Assembly (NCBI GenBank): GCA_035528115.1
Contig: DATKZF010000003.1
Location: 423,089-487,088, forward strand
DNA from: Candidatus Bipolaricaulota bacterium
GTDB lineage: Bacteria; Patescibacteriota; Patescibacteriia; UBA11705; DATKZF01
Reading direction: 5' to 3'
Length of the DNA: 64,000 bases
Positions 1-9,186 of this stretch are shown here, in pieces. The notes under the pieces are model-generated. The model made no database searches. It saw nothing but the letters and a program-made list of their open reading frames with translations, and was not told where the DNA came from. The translations under genes and the position numbers were made by a program. Numbering within the stretch: position 1 is the first letter of the stretch; each line of letters opens with the position of its first letter.

Positions 1-448
1 AAATTTTTAATTCCAAGTTGTTTGTTTCAGTGTCCAGCACCGCGAAAGTCGCCTTGTAGAACATGCCGGACAGGTTACCGGGATTAACGATAAAGGTGTA
101 ATACATCTTTTCGATCCACGGCTTGTGCGAATGGCCGTAAAAGGCATAGTGCATGTCGAGATCTTTCAAAACCAATCGCTGGGCCGTGTCGATTCGATGA
201 GCCATGCCTATTTTTATTTTATCGATTTCAAAAGTTTTTTTTCTATCAAGTTTGATTTGGTCCGCGTTGCCTTTGACCGCGTGAATTTCTCCCTTGAAAT
301 TATCTTGAAAATAATTCCAAGTTTCCAACGAAGCGATGTCGCCGCAGTGCATTATAAATTTAATTTTTTCCCCTTTGCAATAATCAAGAAACTTTTTAAT
401 ATTGGGCAGATTATCATGCGAGTCTGAGATGATGGCGATTTTCGACAT
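1..448 (-). CDS. Metallophosphoesterase (YfcE/MJ0936-like), C-terminally truncated by window edge
   Basis: Minus-strand ATG at 446-448 translates MSKIAIISDSHDNLPNIKKFLDYCKGEKIKFIMHCGDIASLETWNYF...AFYGHSHKPWIEKM with DSHD, GD and GHSH calcineurin-like motifs; reading frame open to position 1. Absent from the ORF track because no stop lies in the window. The plus-strand ORF 125..427 is the antisense shadow. Confidence 0.6.
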   Translation of the reverse strand, partial: MSKIAIISDSHDNLPNIKKFLDYCKGEKIKFIMHCGDIASLETWNYFQDNFKGEIHAVKGNADQIKLDRKKTFEIDKIKIGMAHRIDTAQRLVLKDLDMHYAFYGHSHKPWIEKMYYTFIVNPGNLSGMFYKATFAVLDTETNNLELKI

Positions 449-499
449 AATCATTGAAATTTGGCTATTGATTTATATTTGTGATTCGCTATTTGGAAT

Positions 500-1054
500 T
501 TATTCGATCGGTTTATCCGCCAAAGCAGGAAGATCTTGAGCGACTCGATTCCAGATTTCGCGTAATTCAGCTGTGTTGTAATATTTTTCAAAGCGGAGAG
601 ATATTTCTTCGGGCGAAATTTTAATTTCCACGTTTTTCGAATGTAGCCAATCAAGCAGTTCCTGCGAAGGAATATAATTTTCAATCGGCGCTTTATCGAA
701 GGAGATGTTCTGAGAATCTTCATTTTTAAATCCGGATTCCCAAGTCCTGTAGCCTTTGGCGCGCAGAGTCCTGATTGCATCCAAAATTTGAGGTTCGATG
801 AATTCGATATAAATTCCCAATTCTTTTTCCTCAGCGGTCATTTCAGAATTTGTTTTTTTCCTTCCCCCAACGGCTTTTTCCGATTGGTCAATAATTTGTT
901 TTCTTAGTTGGGCAAATTTTTGGAAAAGCTCCATTTTCTCCCGAGCAATGTTGAATCGTTGCCTCAGTCGTTCGACTTCTTCCGGCGCGCCGGCTTCTAA
1001 AATTCGACTGACTTCTTCTTCTCCCAATCTGTTTGGTTGTTCAATCTTTGGCAT
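500..1054 (-). CDS. Hypothetical protein (charged, coiled-coil-like)
   Basis: 184-aa ORF tightly packed (4-nt gap) upstream of nfo on the same strand; no family recognised by eye. Confidence 0.4.
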   Translation of the reverse strand: MPKIEQPNRLGEEEVSRILEAGAPEEVERLRQRFNIAREKMELFQKFAQLRKQIIDQSEKAVGGRKKTNSEMTAEEKELGIYIEFIEPQILDAIRTLRAKGYRTWESGFKNEDSQNISFDKAPIENYIPSQELLDWLHSKNVEIKISPEEISLRFEKYYNTAELREIWNRVAQDLPALADKPIE

Positions 1055-1057
1055 ATT

Positions 1058-1903
1058 TCATTTATGATTGCTTCTCATTTTTTTCAGCATTTCAATGTTG
1101 TGTAAGTCGGATCTGTCGTCCTCCTTGGGAGTTTCAATGATGAAATTCACGTTTTGCAGTTTGGGGTGGTTTATCAGCGCGGAAAATCCTTCCGGTCCGA
1201 TTTCGCCTTGGCCGATGTGCTGATGGCGATCTTTGTGCGAGTTGAATTCGGCCAAACTGTCATTGGCGTGAATGAGTTTCAGTTTATCGAGGCCGATTTG
1301 CTCATCGAATTTTTTTAAGGTTTCATTGACCGCTTCCTTTATCCTTAAATCATACCCGGAAGCGAAAGCATGAGCCGTATCAAAGCAGACGCCGACGTTT
1401 TTTGATTTTATATTTTGTAAAATATAGGCTATTTCTTTGAAATCATCGCCGAGAATTTTGCCGGAGCCGGCTGCGATTTCCATTAAAAATTCCGTTTTGC
1501 CGCCATAGCCGTCCAGAATTCTATCAATGCTTTTGACCGTCTCGTTTAGCGCATCAGTTTCTTCGCGCTCGCCCGCGCTGCCAAGATGCGTCATCATATA
1601 TTTGGCTCCCAAAAGCGAGCCCCGTTCCAATTCTTCCCGGCAGGCATTGATGGAGCCGTGTTTTATTTTATTATTCAATGACGCCAGGTTGATATAATAC
1701 GGCGCGTGAATGTAATAATCCGACAATTTGTTTTGCTCGCAATTTTTTTTGAATTCCTCGATTTCCATTTCGGCCAAATCTTTTTTCCCTCCGCCACGCG
1801 GCGATCGCGAAAAAAACTGAAAACATTCGCAACCTATTTTGGCCGCGTTTATCGGGGCGTTTTGAATGCCGCCGGCAATGGATACATGGGAACCGATAAG
1901 CAT
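1058..1903 (-). CDS. nfo: Endonuclease IV (AP endonuclease, xylose-isomerase-like TIM barrel)
   Basis: 281 aa; MLIGSHVSIAGG N-terminus, HAPYYINLAS, VCFDTAHAFASGYD, ...FIIETP motifs characteristic of Nfo. Confidence 0.85.
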   Translation of the reverse strand: MLIGSHVSIAGGIQNAPINAAKIGCECFQFFSRSPRGGGKKDLAEMEIEEFKKNCEQNKLSDYYIHAPYYINLASLNNKIKHGSINACREELERGSLLGAKYMMTHLGSAGEREETDALNETVKSIDRILDGYGGKTEFLMEIAAGSGKILGDDFKEIAYILQNIKSKNVGVCFDTAHAFASGYDLRIKEAVNETLKKFDEQIGLDKLKLIHANDSLAEFNSHKDRHQHIGQGEIGPEGFSALINHPKLQNVNFIIETPKEDDRSDLHNIEMLKKMRSNHK

Positions 1904-2026
1904 AGAGATTAGAAACTAGAAACTTGAAATTGGGGAATGGAAATTTGAAACCGGAAATTATCCGCCCGAGGCGGATCCGCCTTTGGCGGAGAAATTGGGG
2001 ATGGAGAAATCTATTCGGAAGAATTA

Positions 2027-2170
2027 GGAAAAGATCTCTCCGCTTCGGTCGAGATGACAACGATGGTTAATTAGGAAAAGATCTCTCCGCTTCGGTCGAG
2101 ATGACAACGATGGTTAATTAGGAAAAAATCTCTCCGCTTCGGCCTGCCCCGAGCAAGGTCGAGGGGTCGA
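2027..2170. repeat. Tandem direct repeat, 3 copies of a 42-bp unit (third copy carries a ~24-bp internal insertion)
   Basis: ttaggaaaagatctctccgcttcggtcgagatgacaacgatggttaa x2, then a variant with cctgccccgagcaaggtcgagggg inserted; each unit contains an atctc...gagat hairpin. The long variant is near-identical in reverse orientation at 51094-51155. Confidence 0.8.
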
Positions 2171-2279
2171 GATGACAACAGCGTCGGCCTTGTTTCTCTG
2201 TTTTCTGTCTCATGTTCTTTTGTTGCGTGTTTCATGATACATGCTTCATGAACATTATAACAAAAGCGGCTCAAGAGAG

Positions 2280-2420
2280 CCACTTTTCTGTGAGAGCGAA
2301 GCGGGCGAGGAAGAGTCCCGACGAATCGGGATGACGACGAGCCCAAGCCGCGCGCAGCCGCACCACCTGCCCCCCGCCCCGAGGGAGGGGGGACAAGGGG
2401 GGAGGGGAGATGAGCTTATT
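2280..2420. other. GC-rich structured island in tig-nfo intergenic region (C/G homopolymer tracts, UUCG-looped hairpin)
   Basis: Local GC far above surroundings; ccccgccccgagggaggggggacaaggggggagggg tracts; cccgaTTCGtcggg hairpin on minus strand. ORFs 2071..2346(-) and 2241..2423(+) are probably artefacts of stop-codon-poor GC-rich DNA. Confidence 0.35.
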
Positions 2421-2423
2421 TGA

Positions 2424-3731
2424 TTAAGAAACAGTAATATTATCTTTTAAAAATTGGATTACTTTTCTATTGGCGATCAAATTGCCGAAATATCTTTTGG
2501 CGTTTTCCGATTTGACGCTTTTTTCCAATTGCGCGAGCTGTCCTTGATATTCGGGTCGCAATTTATATGAAGCCAAAGTTTTGTCTTGCTCGTCTTCAAT
2601 TTCTTGGTCCGTCGCTTCGATTTTTTCTTTACGGGATATTTCCCTGATGGCCAGGGCCGTTTTCACTCTTTTTAGAGCGTCAGCGGTGAAATCGAGCATC
2701 AGATCGCCTTCGGTTTTATTAAGATGCTTCAAATAATCCTCAAAATTCAAACCTTGCCGCCCGATATTATCCTCGAGTTCATGAACCATTTTATGAGTTT
2801 CATCATTGACCAGCGCGTCCGGTATTTCTTCGAACGTTGATTTTTCGATTAATTGCTCGATGATCTCAAGTTCTTGCTTTTGTACGTTTTTTTGCTTTTG
2901 TTCCTCGGTTAAATTGATCCGTATTTGATTTTTCAAGCCTTCAACGTCTTTTAACCCCAGCGCTTTCGAGAAATCATCATTTAATTCGGGCAGATCTATT
3001 TGATACACGGCGAGTACTTTCACTTTGAACTTCGCTTTTTTGCCCGCGATTGATTTTTGATGATAATCTTTGGGAAATGAAAGTTCGAATTCCTTGGTGT
3101 CATCTTTTTTCAGACCGACCACTTGCTCTTCAAAGCCCGGAATCATTTTGTTGTCGCCGATAACTATTGGATATTTTTTCGCTTGTCCGCCGTCGATCGG
3201 CACTTTGTCGACAAAAGTGTCGAAATTTATTTCGACCCTGTCCTTTTGTTGAGCGGCTCGGTCAACCAACATTTCCTTGGCTCGCATTTTTCGCAAATCA
3301 TTGATGACCTGTTCTATTTTAGCGTCTTCGATTGTAATTTCAGGAAGTTTTTTTACCTTGATTTTGATGTACTCGCAAATTTCAATTTTGGGCAATAAAG
3401 ACGCGGTCGCTTTGTAAATAAAAGAATTTCCCGGAGCCATTTTTACAATGTCCAATTTCGGTTGATCGATCGTCTCCAGTTTTTCTTTTTCCAATGTTTG
3501 ATAATAAGTGTCGGAAATCATGTCGGTCGAAGCGTTTTGCAAAAGCGCCATTTCGCCGAATTGGCGAACGCAAGTTTCAAACGGAGCTTTGCCCGGCCGA
3601 AAGCCTTTGATCGGTTTTTCCGCTGACAGCCGTTCGGCCGCTTTTTCCAAGTACGGCTTTATTTCTTCAACGGACAATTCAATGGTTAATTCAATGACTT
3701 TTTTCGGTAGTTCTTTTTTTGTGATATTCAT
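2424..3731 (-). CDS. tig: Trigger factor (ribosome-associated chaperone)
   Basis: Full-length similarity pattern to trigger factor: N-terminal ribosome-binding region GFRPGKAP, FKBP-type PPIase region (GDNKMIPGFEEQVVGLKKDD), C-terminal arm. Start chosen at MNITKK (ATG 3729-3731); the track start 3758 is 9 codons upstream. Confidence 0.85.
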   Translation of the reverse strand: MNITKKELPKKVIELTIELSVEEIKPYLEKAAERLSAEKPIKGFRPGKAPFETCVRQFGEMALLQNASTDMISDTYYQTLEKEKLETIDQPKLDIVKMAPGNSFIYKATASLLPKIEICEYIKIKVKKLPEITIEDAKIEQVINDLRKMRAKEMLVDRAAQQKDRVEINFDTFVDKVPIDGGQAKKYPIVIGDNKMIPGFEEQVVGLKKDDTKEFELSFPKDYHQKSIAGKKAKFKVKVLAVYQIDLPELNDDFSKALGLKDVEGLKNQIRINLTEEQKQKNVQKQELEIIEQLIEKSTFEEIPDALVNDETHKMVHELEDNIGRQGLNFEDYLKHLNKTEGDLMLDFTADALKRVKTALAIREISRKEKIEATDQEIEDEQDKTLASYKLRPEYQGQLAQLEKSVKSENAKRYFGNLIANRKVIQFLKDNITVS

Positions 3732-3835
3732 AGGGTTACAAATTATGAATAAATACAAATATTACAAATGGTTGCAAATTATTACAAATATCAAAATATC
3801 TTTTATTCGTAACTTATTTGTAGCATTCCTGCCTG

Positions 3836-3950
3836 CTCCTCGAGTCTGCCTTCGACGGCCCTGAGGGGCCGCTCAGGCCCTCGAAGGGAGCGACCTCGCC
3901 ACTCGGCCGTGAGCTCGTGGCCGAACGGGAGTCGAAGACCGGCAGGCAGG
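3836..3950. repeat. GC-rich palindromic insert bracketed by CCTGCCTGC...GCAGGCAGG (expanded member of the CCTGCCTGCCGGCAGGCAGG element family)
   Basis: cctgcctgctcctcgag...ccggcaggcagg with internal imperfect palindrome cttcgacggccctgagg/ggccgctcaggccctcgaag; sits between tig start and the antiporter gene stop. Confidence 0.55.
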
Positions 3951-4037
3951 TGTACGGATTTGTAAATTTGTAATCAATAAAAAATAATCGTTTATTCAGA
4001 TTATCATATAAATGAATGTTCATCAAGTCTTGGCCGT

Positions 4038-5000
4038 TCAGACGGTAGAAAATACTAACACGACCAGATAAGCGATGTATAAGCCCACGAATACGGCGCC
4101 CTGCCATTTTTCCAATTTATGCTTTTTGCCCACGAACATGAAAATAAAAAGAAGAAAGGTGGCGAAAATACAGACGATGATATCTCGGTTTAGAGCGGTA
4201 GTGAAAGAAAGCGGTCTGATAACTGCGCTCAGTCCCAAAATCCAAAAAAGATTGAAAATATTGGAGCCGACCACATTGCCGATGGCGATATCGGATTGTT
4301 TTTTATAGGCGGCGATCGCGGACGTGGCCAGCTCCGGCAAGGAAGTGCCGATGGCCACGACGGTCAGGCCGATGACAGCTTCGCCGATGCCCAGTTGATT
4401 GGCGATCATAATCGCGCCATCCACTATCCATTTGCCGCCGAATGTCAGTCCGGCCAAGCCCAAAGCGATCATGATGGCGGACAGCAGCATGCCATGAGTT
4501 TTAATGTCTGAATCTTTTTCTCCATCATGAACTTTGGCGATGCTGAAAGTGTAATATAAAAACAAAGCGAAAAACGCCAATAAGATAATCCCATCGATTC
4601 TGGAAAGCATGGAGACGGACGTTTTATCGAAAAAGGAATCATTTACCAAAACAAATACCACCAATATGGCCATCAAACTGAAAGGAATTTCTTTCCAAAT
4701 CGTGCCACGTTTTACGCTGAGCGCGCAAATAAGCGCTGATACTCCCAAAATTAACAAAATATTGGCAATATTGCTGCCAATGATGTTTCCCACGGCCAGA
4801 TCGCCGCTGCCTCGAATGCTGGAAATGATATTGACCACCAACTCAGGAGCTGAAGTGCCGAAAGAAACCACTGTCAGACCGATGACCAGCGTGGAGATTT
4901 TAAATTTTTTGGCGATTGAAGCCGCGCCATCCACCAGAAAATCCGCTCCTTTGATCAGGAATAAGAATCCGGCGATAAAGAAGATGTAGGTTAATGCCAT
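4038..5000 (-). CDS. Ca2+/Na+ antiporter (CaCA family, YrbG-like)
   Basis: 320 aa, about 10 TM segments with two internal alpha-repeat motifs (GTSAPELVVNI... and GTSLPELATS...) diagnostic for the CaCA superfamily. Confidence 0.8.
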   Translation of the reverse strand: MALTYIFFIAGFLFLIKGADFLVDGAASIAKKFKISTLVIGLTVVSFGTSAPELVVNIISSIRGSGDLAVGNIIGSNIANILLILGVSALICALSVKRGTIWKEIPFSLMAILVVFVLVNDSFFDKTSVSMLSRIDGIILLAFFALFLYYTFSIAKVHDGEKDSDIKTHGMLLSAIMIALGLAGLTFGGKWIVDGAIMIANQLGIGEAVIGLTVVAIGTSLPELATSAIAAYKKQSDIAIGNVVGSNIFNLFWILGLSAVIRPLSFTTALNRDIIVCIFATFLLFIFMFVGKKHKLEKWQGAVFVGLYIAYLVVLVFSTV

Positions 5001-5265
5001 AATTGGTAACTAATAAAAAGTTTAAAAGGTGGTAGCTGGTAGCTTTTTAGGTAGCCACCTAACCAGGGGATTCATGATACGGGAATAGAGCCCCTTATTT
5101 GATTATAACATAAAAAATCCGGTCGCCGGGAGAGTCAGGTGAATTAACAACACGATCTGTTGTCGCCACTGTTTTTTTCTGCTAAAATAAGATATAGTTG
5201 AATATAGCTTGTAGTTTATTAGGTGGCGATATATTAACCTAACCTCTTAATTTTTATCTTTAAAT

Positions 5266-6060
5266 ATGCTAAAAGTGATTTTTATCGGAGATATCGTGGG
5301 GAAAATCGGCCGGCAAGCGGCCTTGAAAGCCATTGCCAAATGGAAAAAACAATATAAGCCCGACTTGATCGTGGCCAATGCCGAGAATTTGGCTCATGGC
5401 AAAGGCGTTACGGTTTCTATTTTGAATGAAATGCAACGAGGAGGCATTGATTTTTTCACCTCAGGCAACCATGTCTGGGATAAAAAAGAAGTCTATGATA
5501 TTTTCGCGGACCCGGCCGCGCCGATTATCCGGCCGGCCAATTATCCGGACATGGTGCCCGGCGATGGCTATCGCGTTTTGACGATCGGCAAGAAAAAAAT
5601 TATGATCGTCAATATTATCGGCCAAGTTTTTTTTAAGGAATATTTTGATTCGCCGTTTTTGACTTTCGATGAAATTTTGAAAGAAAAGCCGGCTGATGTT
5701 AAGATTATAATTGTCGATTTCCATGTAGAGGCCACAGCGGAAATCAAATGCATGGGCCATTATTTGGACGGGCAGGTAAGCGCGCTGCTCGGCACGCATA
5801 CCCATGTCGGGACTTGTGATTATCAGCTTTCGGACAAGGGCATGGCTTATGTCACTCAAGTCGGCATGGTCGGAGCCAAGGATTCGAGCTTGGGTTTGAA
5901 ATTCGAACCGCTTATAAAGAAGATGATCACACAATTACCCGCAGCTCACGAATTGCCGGAAAAAGGCATTGTCGAGGTTAACGCGATTTATCTGGAAATA
6001 AAAGAGGATGGCGTTGCCAGGAAAATTAAAAAATTATACGAAGAAATTGAAATTAAATGA
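5266..6060 (+). CDS. YmdB-like metallophosphoesterase (2',3'-cyclic-nucleotide phosphodiesterase family, TIGR00282-like)
   Basis: MLKVIFIGDIVGK...VANAENLAHGKG...FTSGNHVWDKKE...IIIVDFHVEATAEIKCMGHY...GTHTHV motifs of the YmdB family. Confidence 0.75.
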   Translation: MLKVIFIGDIVGKIGRQAALKAIAKWKKQYKPDLIVANAENLAHGKGVTVSILNEMQRGGIDFFTSGNHVWDKKEVYDIFADPAAPIIRPANYPDMVPGDGYRVLTIGKKKIMIVNIIGQVFFKEYFDSPFLTFDEILKEKPADVKIIIVDFHVEATAEIKCMGHYLDGQVSALLGTHTHVGTCDYQLSDKGMAYVTQVGMVGAKDSSLGLKFEPLIKKMITQLPAAHELPEKGIVEVNAIYLEIKEDGVARKIKKLYEEIEIK

Positions 6061-6062
6061 AT

Positions 6063-6150
6063 ATACAAGATTACAGATTTGTGTACAGATTATACGAGAT
6101 AATTTCCAATCTGTATGATCTTGTATGTAAATCTCGTAATCTTGTAACTT
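6063..6150. promoter_or_regulatory. TACRAGAT word array (4 forward then 4 reverse-complement copies) immediately upstream of hup
   Basis: tacaagat, tacagat, gtacagat, tacgagat followed by atctgta, atcttgta, atctcgta, atcttgta; ends 9 nt before the hup ATG. Confidence 0.45.
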
Positions 6151-6158
6151 AAAAAAAT

Positions 6159-6440
6159 ATGAACAAAGCGGAATTAGCAACCAAAATCGCCGAGAAATGC
6201 GGCGTGACAAAAAAACAGGCCGAGGACATGCTGGAATGCTTTGTCTCCACGACGGTCGCCATGTTAAAGCAAGACGGTGAAGTGGTTTTGACCGGCTTTG
6301 GCACCTTCTCGTCTCGCACCAGAAAGGGTCGAGTGGGCGTCAATCCTCAGAATACCTCGGAAAAGATTAATATTCCTCCTACCAAGGTGGCAAAATTCAA
6401 GGCGGGCAAAGCTTTGAAGGACGCGCTAAAGGCGTCATAA
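6159..6440 (+). CDS. hup: DNA-binding protein HU
   Basis: 93 aa; MNKAELATKIAEK...GFGTFSSRTRKGRVGVNPQN...KFKAGKALKDA matches the HU/IHF fold signature, including the beta-arm RxGRNP-like segment. Confidence 0.9.
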   Translation: MNKAELATKIAEKCGVTKKQAEDMLECFVSTTVAMLKQDGEVVLTGFGTFSSRTRKGRVGVNPQNTSEKINIPPTKVAKFKAGKALKDALKAS

Positions 6441-6553
6441 GTGAAGAATATGCCGACAGCTTTTGTCGGAGTTTGAATTTGAACTTGCCGAGGCGAAAAT
6501 AATAACAAAATTCTTGCCGAGGGAAGATTTTTGTTTTATAATTAAGTTGCATA

Positions 6554-7047
6554 TGTCGGATAAAAACAATCAACCGTTTGATTTTCTTGAAAATTTTTTG
6601 GCGGAAAATCAGAATGTGTTTTTGAAAAATTACAAAAAAAATTCGGTCGAACATGAATGGCCGGAGAATTTGTATTCCTCCGAAAAAGGAGCTGAAGATT
6701 TGCAAAGGGAAGAAGACGGACAATTGGCCATAGACGTTTATCAGAAAGACAATGAAATCGTCATTCTGGCCGCGATTGGCGGTCTTGATTCGGACAAGCT
6801 TGATATTTCGCTTCATAATGATATACTCACCATTCGCGGAGAGCGAAAAACGAATGAGGAAATCGGAGAACATGATTATTTTTATAAAGAATGCTATTGG
6901 GGAAAATTTTCGCGCTCGATAATTTTGCCCGTGGAAATAAAGGCGGATGAAATAGGCGCGACCATAAAAAACGGCGTTTTGAAAATAGTGTTGCCCAAAG
7001 CCAATCCCGAGCGAAAAATCAAACTTAAAGTTTTGGACGAAGAATAA
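6554..7047 (+). CDS. Small heat-shock protein, Hsp20/alpha-crystallin family
   Basis: Alpha-crystallin domain LAIDVYQKDNEIVILAAIGGLDSDKLDISLHNDILTIRGERK...GKFSRSIILPVEIKADEIGATIKNGVLKIVLPK. ATG at 6554 preferred over the upstream in-frame extension given in the track. Confidence 0.8.
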
Positions 7048-7271
7048 TGAAATTTATGAAAGTGAAAATTTATCTTGATAGAATCGAGGAGGGCAAAGCT
7101 GTTTTTTTAACGGACACAAAAAAACAATTGATAATCGACAGTGATTTGTTTGAAGAAAAATTAAAGGAAGGGCAAGTGTTTTGGCTTGATTTTTCAGTTG
7201 ATGAAAAAGAAGCCGAGGACAAAAGCGAATTGGCTAAAAAAATATTGAACGAAATAATTTCGGATAATTAA
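7047..7271 (+). CDS. Small hypothetical protein (DUF3006-like)
   Basis: 74 aa, start overlaps hsp20 stop (ATGA coupling); acidic C-terminus. Confidence 0.4.
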   Translation: MKFMKVKIYLDRIEEGKAVFLTDTKKQLIIDSDLFEEKLKEGQVFWLDFSVDEKEAEDKSELAKKILNEIISDN

Positions 7272-7276
7272 TTGTC

Positions 7277-9142
7277 ATGGCAAAGGAAGAGAAAGAAAAA
7301 AAGAATTTTAAAAATCCGGGTCGGTTGTTTTTCGTGGCGGCCGGCGTTTTTTTGTTTGGCGCCTTGGCTTTTGCGTTCGTTTTTACTTATCAAAAATCCC
7401 ATGAGGGCAAGATATATGATAGAGTGTGGGTCGGTGAAACGGAATTATCCAAAGCCACCATTGATTTGGCCAAACTGGCGATGAGCAAGGAATTCAATGA
7501 TAAGTACGATCAGGGCTTTGTTTTTGTTTACGGCGATAAACGAGAAAAAACATTAAACGACTATGAGGTGCTTTTGGGCGTGGAGGCGCAAATGGCCGCG
7601 CCTGATTTTGAAAAAACGGCGCAGGACGCCTTTGGAGTCGGACGTTCGGGCAATGTGTTGATTGATTTGAAGGATCAATTGTTCGGTTTGATTTTCGGGA
7701 AAAGGATAGACTTGTCGTTTTCTTTGAACCGCGATTATTTAATCGATCAGCTCAAAGAGGCTTTCGGAGAATTCGAGGACAATGCCAGATCGGCTGAAAT
7801 CGAGGTGTCCGTGAAGTCGAAAGTCAATAAAGAAATGGAAGTGAAAATAATTCCCGAAAAAGAAGGCGTGGGTTTTGATTACGAAAAGTACGCGGACATG
7901 CTGGCGGATAAAATAACGAGATTGGACAATAGCGACATTTCGATGAAACTGGAAAAGCAATCTCCGGCCATCAAAGCGGCCGATGCCGGCGGCATTGCGC
8001 AAAAAACAACGGAGTTGGTGGCGGACAATGACGAGATAAACTTTGTTTTTGAAGATCAAAAATGGACGGCGTCCTGGTATGATTACGTCTCTTGGTTGGC
8101 CTTGGACAAAGCTGATAAAAACGAAGTGATTTTGACTTTCGATAAAACGAAATTTGAGGAATTTCTTCAGCCCATAATCAAGGAAATTAATATCGCGCCA
8201 AAGAACGCCAGATTTGAATTGGCGGACGGCAAAGTGACCGAGTTTCAATTGAGCAAAAACGGCAGAGAGATAAATATTGATCAAACATTCGATGGATTAA
8301 TCAATCTGTTTTTCAAGTCCGGAGAAAATGAAATAAAATTGGCGGTTGAAGAAAAATTGCCTGATGTGAATACGGAAAACATCGCGGACATGGGCATCAG
8401 AGAATTGATCGGATCGGGCACATCCAATTTCAGCGGCAGTCCGGCAAACAGAAGATATAACATTAAAATCGGTTCGAATTCATTGCATGGAATATTGATA
8501 AAGCCGGGCGAAGAATTTTCTTTGGTGAAAAATCTCGGCAGAATCGACGGCAGCACCGGTTATTTGCCCGAGCTGGTGATTCGAGGCAATAAGACCGTGC
8601 CGGAATTTGGCGGCGGTTTGTGCCAAGTGGCCACAACTATGTTTCGCGCGGCGATTGACACCGGTTTGCCGGTTACGGAAAGAAAACCGCATTCATACAG
8701 AGTTTCATATTACGAGCCGGCCGGAACAGACGCCACCATTTACGATCCCAGTCCTGATCTGAAATTCATCAATGACACGGGACAGTATATTTTAATTCAA
8801 ACCGCAATTTCCGGAGATACTTTGACCTATGAATTTTGGGGCACGTTCGATGGCAGAACAGTGGAAGTCACTGAGCCTAAAATTTTTAATATTACCTATC
8901 CCGGTCCGACCAAGGAAATCGAATCCCCGGATCTGGCTCCCGGAGTGAGAAAATGCACGGAGCGGGCGCACAATGGAGCGGACGCGGTTTTCTACAGAAT
9001 CATCACCCCTGCTTCGGGGGACGCAATCAATGAAACTTGGTCCAGTACTTATCGGCCATGGCAGGCGGTGTGCTTGGTCGGGCCCAGCGAAGCTCCGGTA
9101 GAAGAAAGTTCCAGTGATGCCCCGGTGACCCCTGAAAATTAA
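7277..9142 (+). CDS. VanW-domain protein with N-terminal membrane anchor
   Basis: 621 aa; N-terminal TM (LFFVAAGVFLFGALAFAFVF); C-terminal VanW-like region GGGLCQVATTMFRAAIDTGLPVTERKPHSYRVSYYEP. Confidence 0.7.
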   Translation: MAKEEKEKKNFKNPGRLFFVAAGVFLFGALAFAFVFTYQKSHEGKIYDRVWVGETELSKATIDLAKLAMSKEFNDKYDQGFVFVYGDKREKTLNDYEVLLGVEAQMAAPDFEKTAQDAFGVGRSGNVLIDLKDQLFGLIFGKRIDLSFSLNRDYLIDQLKEAFGEFEDNARSAEIEVSVKSKVNKEMEVKIIPEKEGVGFDYEKYADMLADKITRLDNSDISMKLEKQSPAIKAADAGGIAQKTTELVADNDEINFVFEDQKWTASWYDYVSWLALDKADKNEVILTFDKTKFEEFLQPIIKEINIAPKNARFELADGKVTEFQLSKNGREINIDQTFDGLINLFFKSGENEIKLAVEEKLPDVNTENIADMGIRELIGSGTSNFSGSPANRRYNIKIGSNSLHGILIKPGEEFSLVKNLGRIDGSTGYLPELVIRGNKTVPEFGGGLCQVATTMFRAAIDTGLPVTERKPHSYRVSYYEPAGTDATIYDPSPDLKFINDTGQYILIQTAISGDTLTYEFWGTFDGRTVEVTEPKIFNITYPGPTKEIESPDLAPGVRKCTERAHNGADAVFYRIITPASGDAINETWSSTYRPWQAVCLVGPSEAPVEESSSDAPVTPEN

Positions 9143-9145
9143 TTG

Positions 9146-9175
9146 ATAAAAAAAGACGCGCCATAAGGCGCGTTT
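9146..9175 (+). terminator. Rho-independent terminator after vanW-like gene
   Basis: aaaaaagacgcgccataaggcgcgtttt: A-tract, GC stem gacgcgcc/ggcgcgtc, T-tract. Confidence 0.6.
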
Positions 9176-9186
9176 TATATTTAAAA

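Noticed and set aside
125-427. Plus-strand 100-aa ORF at the window start
   Set aside because: It is the antisense shadow of a well-formed minus-strand metallophosphoesterase gene that runs off the window edge.
2027-2170. Possible CRISPR array suggested by regularly spaced repeats
   Set aside because: The 42-bp units are directly contiguous with no unique spacers, only three copies exist, and no cas genes are nearby. This is a tandem repeat of the intergenic hairpin element, not CRISPR.
2071-2423. ORFs 2071..2346(-) and 2241..2423(+) in the tig-nfo gap
   Set aside because: They are composed of repeat and GC-rich homopolymer sequence with no start context. I also tested the block for tmRNA (no tRNA-like CCA end) and SRP RNA (no GNRA-AGCAGCC motif) signatures and could support neither, so it is left as an unexplained structured region.
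3836-3950. Possible small protein or integrase remnant in the GC-rich block upstream of tig
   Set aside because: There is no ORF with a start. The block is an expanded member of the palindromic element family (CCTGCCTGC…GCAGGCAGG borders).
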